This document shows, in pieces, positions 8,852 through 19,381 of a DNA stretch of 64,000 bases; position 1 is the first letter of the stretch; the number at the start of each line of letters is the position of its first letter. The notes under the pieces were generated by a model. It saw only the letters and a list, made by a program, of their open reading frames with translations, was not told the origin of the DNA and did no database searches. The translations under genes and the position numbers were made by a program. The stretch is from a virus, in IMG/VR virus record IMGVR_UViG_3300037459_000160, positions 32,001 to 96,000 of that record; one strand, given 5' to 3'.

Positions 8852-9427
8852 ATGCCATTTGCCGGATTTGAAGATTTCGCGGAGTGCGTAGCGGCTCAAC
8901 AAAAACGGGATAAGGGCAAGGAATCCGCCCGGCGTATTTGCGGAGCCTTACAAGCTCAAGTTGAGAAAACCGCTATTGATTCCTCATCGGTGCCGAATTC
9001 CGTTGTTGTTCAAAATCGCGAGCTTGCGGCCCAAGGGCTTAACGCGATGGTCAAGAAACGCGGGATGGGCCGAGGCGTTTTGGATAGTGGGTTTTTGAGT
9101 GTTCGCGAAATAATTATCATGCGAAATAATCGTATGAGGATGTTGGCGATTCGGGGGTTTAATCTAGTAGCGAAAGCGGCCGGGTTAAACCTTAAAGAGT
9201 TTCGCGGAACAACGGGCCGGGGCGGTATCAATAACCATAAACACGTTATTGACCTTGACGACCTTGGGAACGGGCTTACCTCAACGAATGAGGGCCATAA
9301 CCATAGGGTAATCAATTTCATTGTACAGCCCTCACCTAATGGACACGTTCACCCCTTGAGCCGATCTGACTTAAAAAGGGTTATGAGCAAGGCGGGCTTT
9401 ACCGCATTGCGTGAAATGATTGGGTAA
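8852..9427 (+). CDS. His-rich head-associated protein carrying an MCP N-terminus-like peptide
   Basis: between TerL and portal; EKTAIDSSSVPNS; three HxH motifs (HKH, HNH, HVH). Confidence 0.75.
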   Translation: MPFAGFEDFAECVAAQQKRDKGKESARRICGALQAQVEKTAIDSSSVPNSVVVQNRELAAQGLNAMVKKRGMGRGVLDSGFLSVREIIIMRNNRMRMLAIRGFNLVAKAAGLNLKEFRGTTGRGGINNHKHVIDLDDLGNGLTSTNEGHNHRVINFIVQPSPNGHVHPLSRSDLKRVMSKAGFTALREMIG

Positions 9428-9430
9428 ACC

Positions 9431-11623
9431 ATGAGTGAGCAAGAACAAGCCGAGCTTGAGGCCGAGGCCGTCGAAAAGCTCAAGGATGATCCGGTTACGC
9501 CCGAGCAATCCGAGGCAACGTTGATTTCGGCGTTGGCCGATGCGGCGTATGAGACTTCCGAGGGCGATGAGCCCATAATTGAGGAAGTTTTCATAACGGA
9601 TGAGGAAACTATTGCCACGGCCGAGGATTTGATTAAGGAATTCACCCGAAAATCAATGCGATGTTTTGATGAAAGCCGCATTGTTTCGGATGAGGCAACA
9701 AGCCGGGGCTCAAGTGCCCTTTCGTTTTTGCTGGCGGGTAAGGGTGACAAGGAAAAAGAGCTTACCCAAAAGACCGCACGCGGTACGCAACAATCGGTAC
9801 GAGAACTTGGACGGGGTTCCATGGGTACCGATTTGGCGACAATCAAAGTCGTTGAGCCCCCATACCCGCCCGAGTTGCTCGCGGCGTTTCTTGAGGTTGA
9901 CGAAACGCATTTTCGTTGTGTACGGACCAAAGTTACCGATGCGATAGGGCGAGAGTTTGAGCTAGTTCCCACGGTAACGGTTGATCCCGATGAGAAGGAA
10001 GAAAAAGCGGGCCGCCCAAAGGCCCAAACACCCGATCCAAGGCCCCCACTGGGCAGCCTCGCGGACCCGACGCGGATTCTTGACCGAGATACTTCCGGCG
10101 TTAATCAAGGCCCCGGTGAGGCCCTTAACGATAACCGAACGCTTGTTGAGAAAATTGCAAAGGCTGGCGTTTCGGCGGTAAGCAACATTCAAAGGGAACA
10201 TACCCCAAAACGAACCGTCGTACCACAAGCCGAAGTTGACGCCGAGACTCAAGACATTGAAGATTTTATTGAGGATGCCAATGAGGTTCTCGGTTTTGAG
10301 GGCGTACTTGACCGAGCTTGTATGGATTATGAGGCGGTTGGGTGGGCAGCAATTGAAATTATCCGTTCGGCTGATTTCAAAATACGGCGGATTGCCCACG
10401 TACCCGCCCCCCGCGTGCGGGTGTTAAAAGGTTGGGCTGGATTCGTTGAGATTTTTGATAATACCGGGCTCAAGGGTAGCGTTGCGGGGGCTCATTTCCG
10501 ATATTATCAACCGTTCGGGAGTAAGGTCGTAATGCGGGCCGACGATCCGACAACGGGCGAAACGGTAGCGTACAACCCAAAAGACCACGGCCCTCTTGAC
10601 CCGGCAAAAGTTAAATGGAATCTTGTTGACCGCGAGACCGGCAAGCCAACCGAGGATATTTCTAGGGCGGCAAATGAAATCCTTTGGATTCCTAGGCATC
10701 ACGCAAATACGATTTATTATGGGTTTACCGATGTTGTGCCGGCCTTGGGTTGGTTACTTGCCAACGTTCATATTCGCGATTATCTGCTTTCATTTTTTGA
10801 ACACAACACGGTGCCCCGGTTCGCGGTAATCATCGAAGGGGCCAAGTTGAGCGAGCCGGTTAAGAAAGCGATTATGTCGTATTTCGGCACGCACGTTAAA
10901 GGCAAGGCTCACAAAACTTTGATTGTGCCGATTCCCGCGTTGCGAGGCGAGGTAAAGGTTAGGTTTGAAAAACTTGACGCGGACAACAAAGAGGGCAGTT
11001 TTCAGGATACGAAAAAGAACAACAGCCAAGGGATTATGACGGCTCATGGCGTAAGCCCGGCGATTATTGGTATTGCCGAATCGTCGGAATTAGGTTCGGG
11101 TAAGGGCTTGAGCCAAGCCGAAATTTACAAGGATAGGATTGTTACGCCAAGCCAACGCTATTGGGCTCGAAAACTTAACCGTATGTTTCGGCTCGGGCTT
11201 GGTACGACATTGGTTGCTATCAAGTTTAACCCGTTAGATATCCGAGACCGTAAAGCCGAACAAGAGGTTTTGACCGGGTATCTTAAAATGGGTGTTGCGA
11301 CGATTAACGAAGTACGCAAGCGGGCGGGGCTTGGTAAGCCTGTTGAGGGCGGGGATAGGGCTTTCGTAATTGTCGGAAACCAAATTATGTTTGTTGACGA
11401 ATTAACCGAGGCGATGGGTTCGGAATTGGAAGCCTTAACCGATGAACTTGAGCGTACGCAATCGGATATGGCGAACAAAGCCGCCGAGGAAAAGGGCCGC
11501 ATGGCGGGTGAGCGGCAAGCGGCGGCAGTTAATCCCCCCAGTGTGAGCAATGGCAACGGAAATCCCTCAACTCCTAATAAAGCCAACGGTAAGCAACCGG
11601 CAGCGGCAAAGGCGGGTTCGTAG
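9431..11623 (+). CDS. portal protein (PBSX/HK97-type)
   Basis: YYG..VPAL, Y...FF.HNTVPRFAVIIEG, HGVSP..IG, TINEVRK..GL.P.EGGD. Confidence 0.9.
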   Translation: MSEQEQAELEAEAVEKLKDDPVTPEQSEATLISALADAAYETSEGDEPIIEEVFITDEETIATAEDLIKEFTRKSMRCFDESRIVSDEATSRGSSALSFLLAGKGDKEKELTQKTARGTQQSVRELGRGSMGTDLATIKVVEPPYPPELLAAFLEVDETHFRCVRTKVTDAIGREFELVPTVTVDPDEKEEKAGRPKAQTPDPRPPLGSLADPTRILDRDTSGVNQGPGEALNDNRTLVEKIAKAGVSAVSNIQREHTPKRTVVPQAEVDAETQDIEDFIEDANEVLGFEGVLDRACMDYEAVGWAAIEIIRSADFKIRRIAHVPAPRVRVLKGWAGFVEIFDNTGLKGSVAGAHFRYYQPFGSKVVMRADDPTTGETVAYNPKDHGPLDPAKVKWNLVDRETGKPTEDISRAANEILWIPRHHANTIYYGFTDVVPALGWLLANVHIRDYLLSFFEHNTVPRFAVIIEGAKLSEPVKKAIMSYFGTHVKGKAHKTLIVPIPALRGEVKVRFEKLDADNKEGSFQDTKKNNSQGIMTAHGVSPAIIGIAESSELGSGKGLSQAEIYKDRIVTPSQRYWARKLNRMFRLGLGTTLVAIKFNPLDIRDRKAEQEVLTGYLKMGVATINEVRKRAGLGKPVEGGDRAFVIVGNQIMFVDELTEAMGSELEALTDELERTQSDMANKAAEEKGRMAGERQAAAVNPPSVSNGNGNPSTPNKANGKQPAAAKAGS

Positions 11624-14600
11624 ACTTAGCCGGTTGATTGTTGTTAAGGCGGCCTCAAGTGGAATTCGATTAAGACTTGAGCGAGACCTTGAGAACAAGT
11701 TACGGCGAATCATTCGCGAACTTTTCGCCGAATTACGGCAAAGCCTTTCCAGTAGATTCCTCCAAGGGATCGGCCGTCAAGCGAACCTGTTTAGGCGTAC
11801 CGCACGCGGGCCCGCACGCACACGCACGCGGGCAGCCAATGAGCTTACGCGGGCCTTCATGGGCCCTTTACGCGATGTGTTGCTCGATACCGAGCAACTT
11901 GCCGCGTTTCGTTATTGGCTCGGCATATCTCAAATACGGGCGTATGAGTATGGGGCGGTAACCGCGTTGCGGGCGATGGGATTTGCGGCAACCTCGCGAC
12001 GGGTTCAAGAGATTGAGAAACGCATTACGGTTTCAAAGGCGGCTGGCGATATCGTCTTTGAGTTGACCGATGCTGAGTTGATTAACGAGCTTGAGGGCCG
12101 GCCGATCGTAGTTGGGGCGGGCCTTGCCCCGGCCGTTGTTGAGGATGCCCGCAAGTTAATTCGGGATGAGTTGTTTTTGGGTAACGCCAGCACGGGTGAG
12201 GGCGGAATTTCCGATTTGATCTTGGCGGGCGGCCAAGTGCCGGAATACCGAGCGTTGCGGATTTCCCGAACCGAAACCCAATCCGCCTTTAATCAAGGAT
12301 TTTACAAAGTCGAACAGCGTTCGGGAATCAAAAAACATTCATGGGTGACGGTGGGCGATAGGCGAGTAAGGCCAGAACACGCAATGAATGAGGATTCTGG
12401 CGATATTCCCATTGGCGATCCTTTTGCGTCGTTGCAAATCCATCCCGGCGATCCCGGCCCACTGGTTTTACACGTTAATTGTCGGTGTTCACTTCAACCA
12501 GATTTATCCGATCCCAATATTTTGCTTGACCCGTGGGCGGGCGATTCCGGGGCCAACCTTAAGACCGATCCGACATTACCGGGCATTCCTCCAAAAATCG
12601 GCAAAATCAGGACCGCATTGAATCAAGCCCAAGCGAGGGCACGGGCAGCGATCCGAGCCGAGGGCGAGGCAATAAAGGCCAGGAAACTAGCCGAAGCCGG
12701 GGCCCAAGCAGCGGCCAAGAAAAAGACCGTTCAAGAATCTAAGGCGGTTGCAAGTACCAAGAGTGAGTTTGAGGCGATTGTTAAAAGTATTGATGCCGAT
12801 GATACATTTTTCAAGATTAGTCAACTTGGCGATAAGTTGAAAGGTTTGAGCAAGGCCGAGGCCCAAGAGCTTGCAAAACAACTAGGGTTTGTATCCAAGC
12901 AATCGTTTGCGACCAAGAAAAAAGCAATTCAAACCATTACGGGCGAGTTGAAAAAGTTTGCCAAATCGGCCGGGGATGTTAAGGGCGTTGATAAAGCCTT
13001 TGGAGAATTCGTATTTGCCACCAAGCCGGTTAGAGAGGCAGCGGAGCAAAAGTTTAAGGTGGAAGCCTTAGAGGATGTAAATAAAGCCAAGTCGGTTTTG
13101 AAAGGCAGTACCAAGGCGATTGACGTTGCCACGTTGGACGCGGCGACGGCGGCCGACTATGCGGAGTTTCTTGAGTGGCAAGCGGTGCAAGCTGGAAAAA
13201 CTCAGAGTTATGGCGTTGTTATCTTTGACGATCAAGGGCGGGTATTACTTCGGCGGGCCAAGGGGGATTTCGGCGGTACCCGTTGGTCATTTGCTAAGGG
13301 CGGGGGAACCAAGCCCGGTACAACGGCACTTAAAGAACTTGCGGAGGAAACCGGGCACCAAGCCAATATTACCGGGGCAATCAAAGGGGATTTTGAGGGC
13401 ACAACCACAAAAAATAACTACTTTGTTGGACGCAAAAAGGGCAAGTTTGATGCGGCCCTTATGGACGCGGAAACAGAGGAAGTGATTTGGGTAGATTTCA
13501 ATGAGGCAAAGAAACTCATAAAGCAATCCCCGAGTGAGTTGATTGTAAAACGTGATCTTGCCGTATTGGATGGGGCGTTTGATGAGATAAGCGGAAACTC
13601 AACAGCGTTAAAGGCGTTGGCAAAGAAAACCGAAACCAAGAAAAAGGTTGTCGATCTTGGCAAGCAACAAACGGCGGCGGCCGATGAGCTTATTGACGCG
13701 GCCAAGCAGTTACAAAAAGCCGCACAAGGCGACCCCGAGGCAGTAAGCAAGCTTTCCAAGGCCGTTAAGAATTTGAAAAAACTAGGCGTTTCCGATACCA
13801 AAATTCAAGAGCTTACCAAAGCGGGCATACAGGCGGGCAAGACCGCCAAGGCTCAAGGAATCCTTGACAATCTCAAAGGTAAGTTGCCAAAAACAATTGA
13901 TGAAATTGATAACGTGGTTGCCGAGCTTAAGAAGTTACAAGCCGGCCTCGGCGGGCTTGAGGCCGAAGTTGATGAGGCAGTTTCCAAAAAGCTCAAATCA
14001 CTCGGCAGCAAGAAAAGCCAACTCAAAAAGAAACTCAAACCAACAGCCAAGCCGGATGAGCCGGAAGTGCTAATAGCCCTAGACATACAAGCCCCAACGA
14101 CTCAAGCATTAAAGGAAGAATTTGAGGCAACGGTTACAAAATCGGAATTGGGTTCGTTATTTAGTCAAACCGAGGCTAAGTTACTTGCCGAGGATTTGAA
14201 AAACGCGGGCGTATCCGCCGACGAAATCGCCAAACTTCAAAAATCGGGAGTACAGGCGGGCAACGAGAAAAAGGCCAAGAGCTTTATTGAGGCTCAAACG
14301 GGAGCGGGCTTGCCCGATGGTCTGGATGATCTTAATGAGCTTGAGGATAAGGTTTTTGGCTTCCTCCAAAAGGGTTTCAAAGATCCCGCACTAGAAAAGA
14401 AATTTGAAGGGGCGTTAAAGAACATTGATTTGAAGAAAAAGGAAATCTTTGCGAAGCCGGCAGCCACGAAAGCCGAAATCAAAGCTCAAAATACCAAAGC
14501 TAACTCACTCGCCAATACTAACCCTCAATCGCTCCAAGATATTAAGGTTGTTGAGGAAGAATTGAAGGCGTTGCAAAATCTCGGTAATCTTAACCCGACT

Positions 14601-16169
14601 ACCGATTTTTCGGTTGACAGCAAGTTACAGGTACTCCAATTCAAGAAAAGCCAACTCCAAAAGAAAGCCGCGAAACCAACAACCGGGCCAACCTCGGCGG
14701 ATATTCTCAAGAAAGCTGAAGCGGCCGACGCGAAACTTAAAGCCGAGCTTGAGGCCCTTGATGATATTAAGATCATTACCGAACCGATTCCAAAACCGAT
14801 TAAGGTAGATTTGGCCGATTTCCCGCCCGCCGATAAACTTGGTCGGTTGGATGAACTTAAGACGCTACCCGGTTCCACGGGGGCCAAGTTGGTTCAAGAC
14901 CCGCGAACGGGCAAAAAGTATGTACTCAAACGCGGAAACCAAAAATTATCTAAAGAGGCTCGCGAGGCACATTTACGCGAGGAATTTCTTGCCGACGACC
15001 TTTACCGGGCGGCCGGCGTTGACGTACCGGCCGGCGTGTTGTATGAGACCGCGAGCGGGCCGGTAAAGCTAACGGAATTCATTGAGGGTACCGAAGATTT
15101 GGCAACCGTACTTGCTAAGGGCGGGTCAAGAGCCAAAAAGGTACTCACCAAAATACAAGGGGATTTTGCCGAGGATGCCCTATTCGCGAATTGGGATGTT
15201 ATCGGCTTGAGCCAGGATAATATTCTTGTAACCAAGACCGGTAAGGTTTTGAGAATTGATAACGGCGGGGCGTTAAGGTTCCGAGCCCAAGGGGCCCCCA
15301 AGGGTAGTCATTTTGGAAATGATGTTGGAGAACTTGCTAGTTTACGAAGCTCGGCGGCCGGGAAAGAAGTGTTTGGACAGTTGACCGATGAGGCAGTTGC
15401 CAAGCAGATTTTCGCGTTGCAATCAAAAAGGGAAGTAATACTTGCCACGATCAAAGACCGAGCGTTAAGAGCGACGATTTCTAAACGCTTAGACTCAATG
15501 AAAACTTGGGCCGATGATGTAATTGAGAAAATTGCAACACGAAAGAAGAATTTGGCTAGTGGTAGAAAACTTAGGCCCGGCGAATTCTCAAACGATCCCG
15601 TAGCTATTGACCCAAGAATTGAAAATCGGGCCACGTTTATAACACCCAAGGCGAAAAAGGCAGCCGAGGAAACGGCACCATTGCGAGAAATGACGAAAAA
15701 ACTTAGAGACTTGGGCCCGCGTGAACATTCGGCGATTGAGGACTATTCGGGTTCATCCTATAGAAGGCTCAATTCTAACTTGCGTAAGGGTAAAAGCCTT
15801 ACGGACGATCAATTACAAATGGTCAAGGGTATTGATGTCGGGCTTGCCGAGGTACCCTCGGCAGCTAAAGAACACCCGGTTGTATTTCGCAAGTTGGAGC
15901 AAGAGGGGCAAAAACTTGAGGCGTTCTTAGCTAAGCATCCCGAGGGCGGCATTGTCTCGTATAACGAATACCTTTCAACCTCATTTTCTAAAGGTACTTG
16001 GAGCGGGAATATTGAGTATGAAATAAGACACAAGACCGGCCGACGAATCAAAGAAATATCGTTGCATCGTAGTGAGGATGAGGTTTTGTTTGGTAGGGGA
16101 GCGGAATTTTTAGTTGAGAGAGTGGAACGGACGGGCAACCGGGTAAAGATTTTCCTAACGGAGTTGTAA
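11550..16169 (+). CDS. MuF head morphogenesis protein fused to Nudix, HipA/PI3K-like kinase and ADP-ribosyltransferase domains (start uncertain)
   Basis: Mu[26 protein letters not shown]; Nudix [17 protein letters not shown]; kinase GSTGA..YVLK..NWDVIG..DNIL..RIDNG; ART Y...SY..LN..LR, VFR, YLSTS, EDEVL. Confidence 0.9.
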   Translation: MATEIPQLLIKPTVSNRQRQRRVRRLSRLIVVKAASSGIRLRLERDLENKLRRIIRELFAELRQSLSSRFLQGIGRQANLFRRTARGPARTRTRAANELTRAFMGPLRDVLLDTEQLAAFRYWLGISQIRAYEYGAVTALRAMGFAATSRRVQEIEKRITVSKAAGDIVFELTDAELINELEGRPIVVGAGLAPAVVEDARKLIRDELFLGNASTGEGGISDLILAGGQVPEYRALRISRTETQSAFNQGFYKVEQRSGIKKHSWVTVGDRRVRPEHAMNEDSGDIPIGDPFASLQIHPGDPGPLVLHVNCRCSLQPDLSDPNILLDPWAGDSGANLKTDPTLPGIPPKIGKIRTALNQAQARARAAIRAEGEAIKARKLAEAGAQAAAKKKTVQESKAVASTKSEFEAIVKSIDADDTFFKISQLGDKLKGLSKAEAQELAKQLGFVSKQSFATKKKAIQTITGELKKFAKSAGDVKGVDKAFGEFVFATKPVREAAEQKFKVEALEDVNKAKSVLKGSTKAIDVATLDAATAADYAEFLEWQAVQAGKTQSYGVVIFDDQGRVLLRRAKGDFGGTRWSFAKGGGTKPGTTALKELAEETGHQANITGAIKGDFEGTTTKNNYFVGRKKGKFDAALMDAETEEVIWVDFNEAKKLIKQSPSELIVKRDLAVLDGAFDEISGNSTALKALAKKTETKKKVVDLGKQQTAAADELIDAAKQLQKAAQGDPEAVSKLSKAVKNLKKLGVSDTKIQELTKAGIQAGKTAKAQGILDNLKGKLPKTIDEIDNVVAELKKLQAGLGGLEAEVDEAVSKKLKSLGSKKSQLKKKLKPTAKPDEPEVLIALDIQAPTTQALKEEFEATVTKSELGSLFSQTEAKLLAEDLKNAGVSADEIAKLQKSGVQAGNEKKAKSFIEAQTGAGLPDGLDDLNELEDKVFGFLQKGFKDPALEKKFEGALKNIDLKKKEIFAKPAATKAEIKAQNTKANSLANTNPQSLQDIKVVEEELKALQNLGNLNPTTDFSVDSKLQVLQFKKSQLQKKAAKPTTGPTSADILKKAEAADAKLKAELEALDDIKIITEPIPKPIKVDLADFPPADKLGRLDELKTLPGSTGAKLVQDPRTGKKYVLKRGNQKLSKEAREAHLREEFLADDLYRAAGVDVPAGVLYETASGPVKLTEFIEGTEDLATVLAKGGSRAKKVLTKIQGDFAEDALFANWDVIGLSQDNILVTKTGKVLRIDNGGALRFRAQGAPKGSHFGNDVGELASLRSSAAGKEVFGQLTDEAVAKQIFALQSKREVILATIKDRALRATISKRLDSMKTWADDVIEKIATRKKNLASGRKLRPGEFSNDPVAIDPRIENRATFITPKAKKAAEETAPLREMTKKLRDLGPREHSAIEDYSGSSYRRLNSNLRKGKSLTDDQLQMVKGIDVGLAEVPSAAKEHPVVFRKLEQEGQKLEAFLAKHPEGGIVSYNEYLSTSFSKGTWSGNIEYEIRHKTGRRIKEISLHRSEDEVLFGRGAEFLVERVERTGNRVKIFLTEL

Positions 16170-16171
16170 GC

Positions 16172-16480
16172 ATGGCAGTTGATAAAAAAGATGAGGCTCA
16201 CCAAGCCGAAAGGGACGCCGAACCGTTGATAAACGCGGTGCGGCAATGCAATGATTGCGTAAATCGGTATTGGGGAACGATTACTTGCCTAGCCTTTCCC
16301 GAGCGTATTCCCCACGACATTATCAACGGTGACCATGATCATAGGTTACCGTATCCCGATGCGGAAAACCCTACCGACCAAGGAATACGGTTTGAACTTA
16401 ATGAGGGATTGATTACCCGAGACCCAAACGAATTAGGTATGAAAACAGTTTTTAATTTTCCCCCGCCTATGGATTCCTGA
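16172..16480 (+). CDS. small Cys/His protein, candidate immunity/partner of the MuF effector
   Basis: Cxx[26 protein letters not shown], directly after the ART domain. Confidence 0.7.
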   Translation: MAVDKKDEAHQAERDAEPLINAVRQCNDCVNRYWGTITCLAFPERIPHDIINGDHDHRLPYPDAENPTDQGIRFELNEGLITRDPNELGMKTVFNFPPPMDS

Positions 16481-16496
16481 GTGAAACCGGGTTCAC
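16481..16496 (-). promoter_or_regulatory. dispersed 16-bp motif copy 3 (reverse orientation)
   Basis: GTGAAACCGGGTTCAC abutting the 16480 stop; 26 nt before a -35. Confidence 0.85.
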
Positions 16497-16522
16497 TTTT
16501 TGAAAAATTTGTGTGTTAGGTA

Positions 16523-16551
16523 TTGACAGTTGGGGCAATACCAGCGAAAAT
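16523..16551 (+). promoter_or_regulatory. sigma70-like promoter for protease/capsid genes
   Basis: TTGACA-17 nt-GAAAAT. Confidence 0.6.
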
Positions 16552-16590
16552 TTCCAAGATTCTAAATTTTCTTGCCGAGGGTAACGGATT

Positions 16591-18192
16591 ATGGCGGCTC
16601 CCATACGTGAATTGCTGCATATTACCGCCCCCATTGCGTTTCAAGTTGAGGGCGAGGGTGAGAACAAGCCAATTCAGCGGGTTATCGTTAAAGGGTTCGC
16701 ATCGGTAGAAACCGGCGATCGTTCGGGCGACATTGTTCCACCTGAGGAATTCAACATTGAAAGGTTTATGGCAGCCCCTACGCTTTTGCTCAATCATCGG
16801 TTTTGGACCGATCCAATGGGCAACCGGGTTGCAATCGGTCGGCCTCTCACAATGAATCCGGTTAAGCTCGGCAAGATAGCCGGCGACGATGATAATTGGG
16901 CAATCATCGACTTAAAAACCAAAAAACAAATTGATAAGTTTCCAAAGGTCAAGGTACCCGATTTGAAAGCGGGCAGCCGTGGCCTTTTTATTACGGCTGA
17001 GATAACGGTACCGGAAGTTGCCGGGATGGTTGTACGCGGTGAGCTTTCCGCGTTTAGCTGGAAGGGCATGACGCTTGTTGAGTTTCGTTTCAATACGAAA
17101 CTCGGGCGTGTCGAGCGGGTGTTATTGGATATCGACCTTTTTGAGGTTTCTTTAACACACGTTCCCGATAATCCTGATTCAACACTTATCGTGGCAAAAG
17201 CGGTCAAGGAAATTATTCTTGAGAAAAGCCGGTTTGAGAGTCGTGAGCAAGCTGTTGCATACATGAATCATCACAATTTAACCGGGGCCGTTCGCGAGGA
17301 CGAGACCCGGTTTTATTCGCGTTTGTTGGACCCCTCGCGGATTGATAACGAAAAGCTCGTTACCGCAAAAATGGCCGAGGGTGTAACGGCGATTGTTGGA
17401 CCGTTACATAATCCCGGTGAGTGGCTGTTTGGGGATTTGCCGCAAGAGGAACGCGAAAGGATCAACAATCTTTACGATGCATCCGATACCGTTTCGGGTG
17501 CCGATTCGGATTCCGTTGATACGGAGGGCTCAAGTATGAGCGACACGGCACAAGCCCAAGACGCGGGAGCCGAGGTTACGGCAACCGATGCGGGCGATAA
17601 GGAAACGAAAGAAAAGGCCGGGAATTTGGGCGGTGCTGGTGGTGCTGGCGGTGCGATTTCCGGTGACGATAAAGAAGCGAAAACGAAAGCCGGGCATAAG
17701 GCAGTTGCGGCCAAGTCCAATGATGAGGCAATGGGGGCATTTGCCTCGGACATTGCCACACAAACGGCGGCTGGAGTTGTGAGCGGTCTCAAGCCCGTGT
17801 TTGAGGCTCAAACGGTGGCCCTCGCGACAATGGGCACGCTGATTGAAAAGATGGCCGGGGGAGTTGACGCGGGAGCCGAAACCCCGAGCGAACAGAAACC
17901 GAAAACGGAAACGGAAACGGACGACCTTGCCGCACAAGTGGCAAAGCAAGAGGCCGCGAAAACCGCGAACCTCAACGATGTTATGGGTCAACTCAACGCA
18001 TTGGCTGACGGGTTGCAGCAAACCCAACAGGCCGTTGTAACCGTCGCGAAATCGGCGGCAGCAATGGGGGCTCAAATTCCCAACGCGGCCGGCTCACGTT
18101 CCGAGAAACTTCCGGCTGAGAAATCAGTTGAGGAAGGCGACGATCCGAACGATTGCTTTGACAATACGTTTGGATTCCTTGGGGGCCAATAA
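16591..18192 (+). CDS. HK97-type prohead protease fused to C-terminal scaffold region
   Basis: KGFAS...DRSGDIV, LLNH, GELSAFS, LFEVSL..VPDNP; acidic/Ala-rich C-terminal half. Confidence 0.9.
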   Translation: MAAPIRELLHITAPIAFQVEGEGENKPIQRVIVKGFASVETGDRSGDIVPPEEFNIERFMAAPTLLLNHRFWTDPMGNRVAIGRPLTMNPVKLGKIAGDDDNWAIIDLKTKKQIDKFPKVKVPDLKAGSRGLFITAEITVPEVAGMVVRGELSAFSWKGMTLVEFRFNTKLGRVERVLLDIDLFEVSLTHVPDNPDSTLIVAKAVKEIILEKSRFESREQAVAYMNHHNLTGAVREDETRFYSRLLDPSRIDNEKLVTAKMAEGVTAIVGPLHNPGEWLFGDLPQEERERINNLYDASDTVSGADSDSVDTEGSSMSDTAQAQDAGAEVTATDAGDKETKEKAGNLGGAGGAGGAISGDDKEAKTKAGHKAVAAKSNDEAMGAFASDIATQTAAGVVSGLKPVFEAQTVALATMGTLIEKMAGGVDAGAETPSEQKPKTETETDDLAAQVAKQEAAKTANLNDVMGQLNALADGLQQTQQAVVTVAKSAAAMGAQIPNAAGSRSEKLPAEKSVEEGDDPNDCFDNTFGFLGGQ

Positions 18193-18218
18193 TTCCCAAG
18201 GGAAACCTTAACTTCTAA

Positions 18219-18269
18219 CCTTTGCGGTACCCATAACGGACCCGTTTCACTTATCCGTTTTCGCAAAGG
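18219..18269 (+). promoter_or_regulatory. structured 5' leader of capsid gene occluding the RBS
   Basis: CCTTTGCG..AACGGA / TCCGTT..CGCAAAGG pairing covers the AAAGGA SD. Confidence 0.55.
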
Positions 18270-18279
18270 ATTTTTTCCG

Positions 18280-19287
18280 ATGAGTATGGATGCACAAATC
18301 AAACTGCCTCTGAAGCAATTGATGGAGAAATCCGCGATTGATTCAAGCAGTCTGCCGAATTCAATAATGAACCGGCAGCAAGCAAACCGTTTTATTGACC
18401 TTGTGGTTGATGAATCGGTCTTGATCAAAATGTCTCGGGTTGTTAAAGTCAATCACCCCAAGGGTGAAATCAACAAACTTGACCTTGGCGATATCGTTAC
18501 CGAGGGAGCCCACACAACGAGCCGGGCAACAACGCGAACCCCGAGCGAGAGAATCGTAACGTACGATATGGAAAAATATCGTTCGGCGTTCGATTTGAAA
18601 ACCGATTTCATGGAAGATAACCTTGAGCGGGCCGGTATCCGCGATACCCTCTTGCAAATGTTTAGCAAGCGGATTGCGATTGATACCGAGCTTGCCGCAA
18701 TCGAGGGTGACGATTCGTTGACGACCGGCGACGGTCAAACCGATGAGAACAATTTGTTGGGCGTGAATGACGGCTGGCAAAAAATTCTCGAAAACGCGGT
18801 ACCGGCCGCCCAACAGCTAGACGCGGCCGGGTTTGCCCCCTCCAAGCGGTTGTATTACGATATGAAACGGCTCATCCCGAGCCGGTATCGTGCGGCCAAG
18901 CCGAATTACACTTGGGTTACGCCCTCGGGGCCGGCCGACAAGTGGGCCTTGGATTGGAGTGACCGCGAAACGGCGGGCGGTGATCGGGCGTTGGCGACTA
19001 ACCAACGGCCGGGGCCTTGGGGAATCCCAATGCTTGAGGTTCCGTTGATGCCGGAAAACCTGCCCTTCGGTACGAGCGGCGTCGATGGTTCGTCAATCTG
19101 GTTGACCCCGTTGAAAAACCTGATTTACTTCATTCAACGGGAAATCACGATTGAGTTTGACCGGCAGCCCCGGCAAGACGTTTGGGAAGTGACCATCCAT
19201 TTCCGCGTCGATTTCGAGGTTGAAAACGTGGATTTGGTCATTTTGGCCAACAACGTTTCAATGAGTGGCAACGACTATACCGGCTAG
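18280..19287 (+). CDS. major capsid protein (HK97 fold)
   Basis: 335 aa after protease; Q.NRFIDLVVDES.L, FMEDNLE, IEGD, pattern typical of phage MCPs. Confidence 0.9.
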   Translation: MSMDAQIKLPLKQLMEKSAIDSSSLPNSIMNRQQANRFIDLVVDESVLIKMSRVVKVNHPKGEINKLDLGDIVTEGAHTTSRATTRTPSERIVTYDMEKYRSAFDLKTDFMEDNLERAGIRDTLLQMFSKRIAIDTELAAIEGDDSLTTGDGQTDENNLLGVNDGWQKILENAVPAAQQLDAAGFAPSKRLYYDMKRLIPSRYRAAKPNYTWVTPSGPADKWALDWSDRETAGGDRALATNQRPGPWGIPMLEVPLMPENLPFGTSGVDGSSIWLTPLKNLIYFIQREITIEFDRQPRQDVWEVTIHFRVDFEVENVDLVILANNVSMSGNDYTG

Positions 19288-19328
19288 AACCCGGTTTTGA
19301 GCCTTTGCCGCGTGTACGGAAAACCGCG

Positions 19329-19370
19329 AGGCTCGGCAAGGCCCCTTTTAACCTTGCCGAGCCTTTTTTA
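19329..19370 (+). terminator. intrinsic terminator after MCP
   Basis: AGGCTCGGCAAGG / CCTTGCCGAGCCT perfect 13-bp stem then T-run. Confidence 0.85.
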
Positions 19371-19381
19371 TTTGGTGAGAT

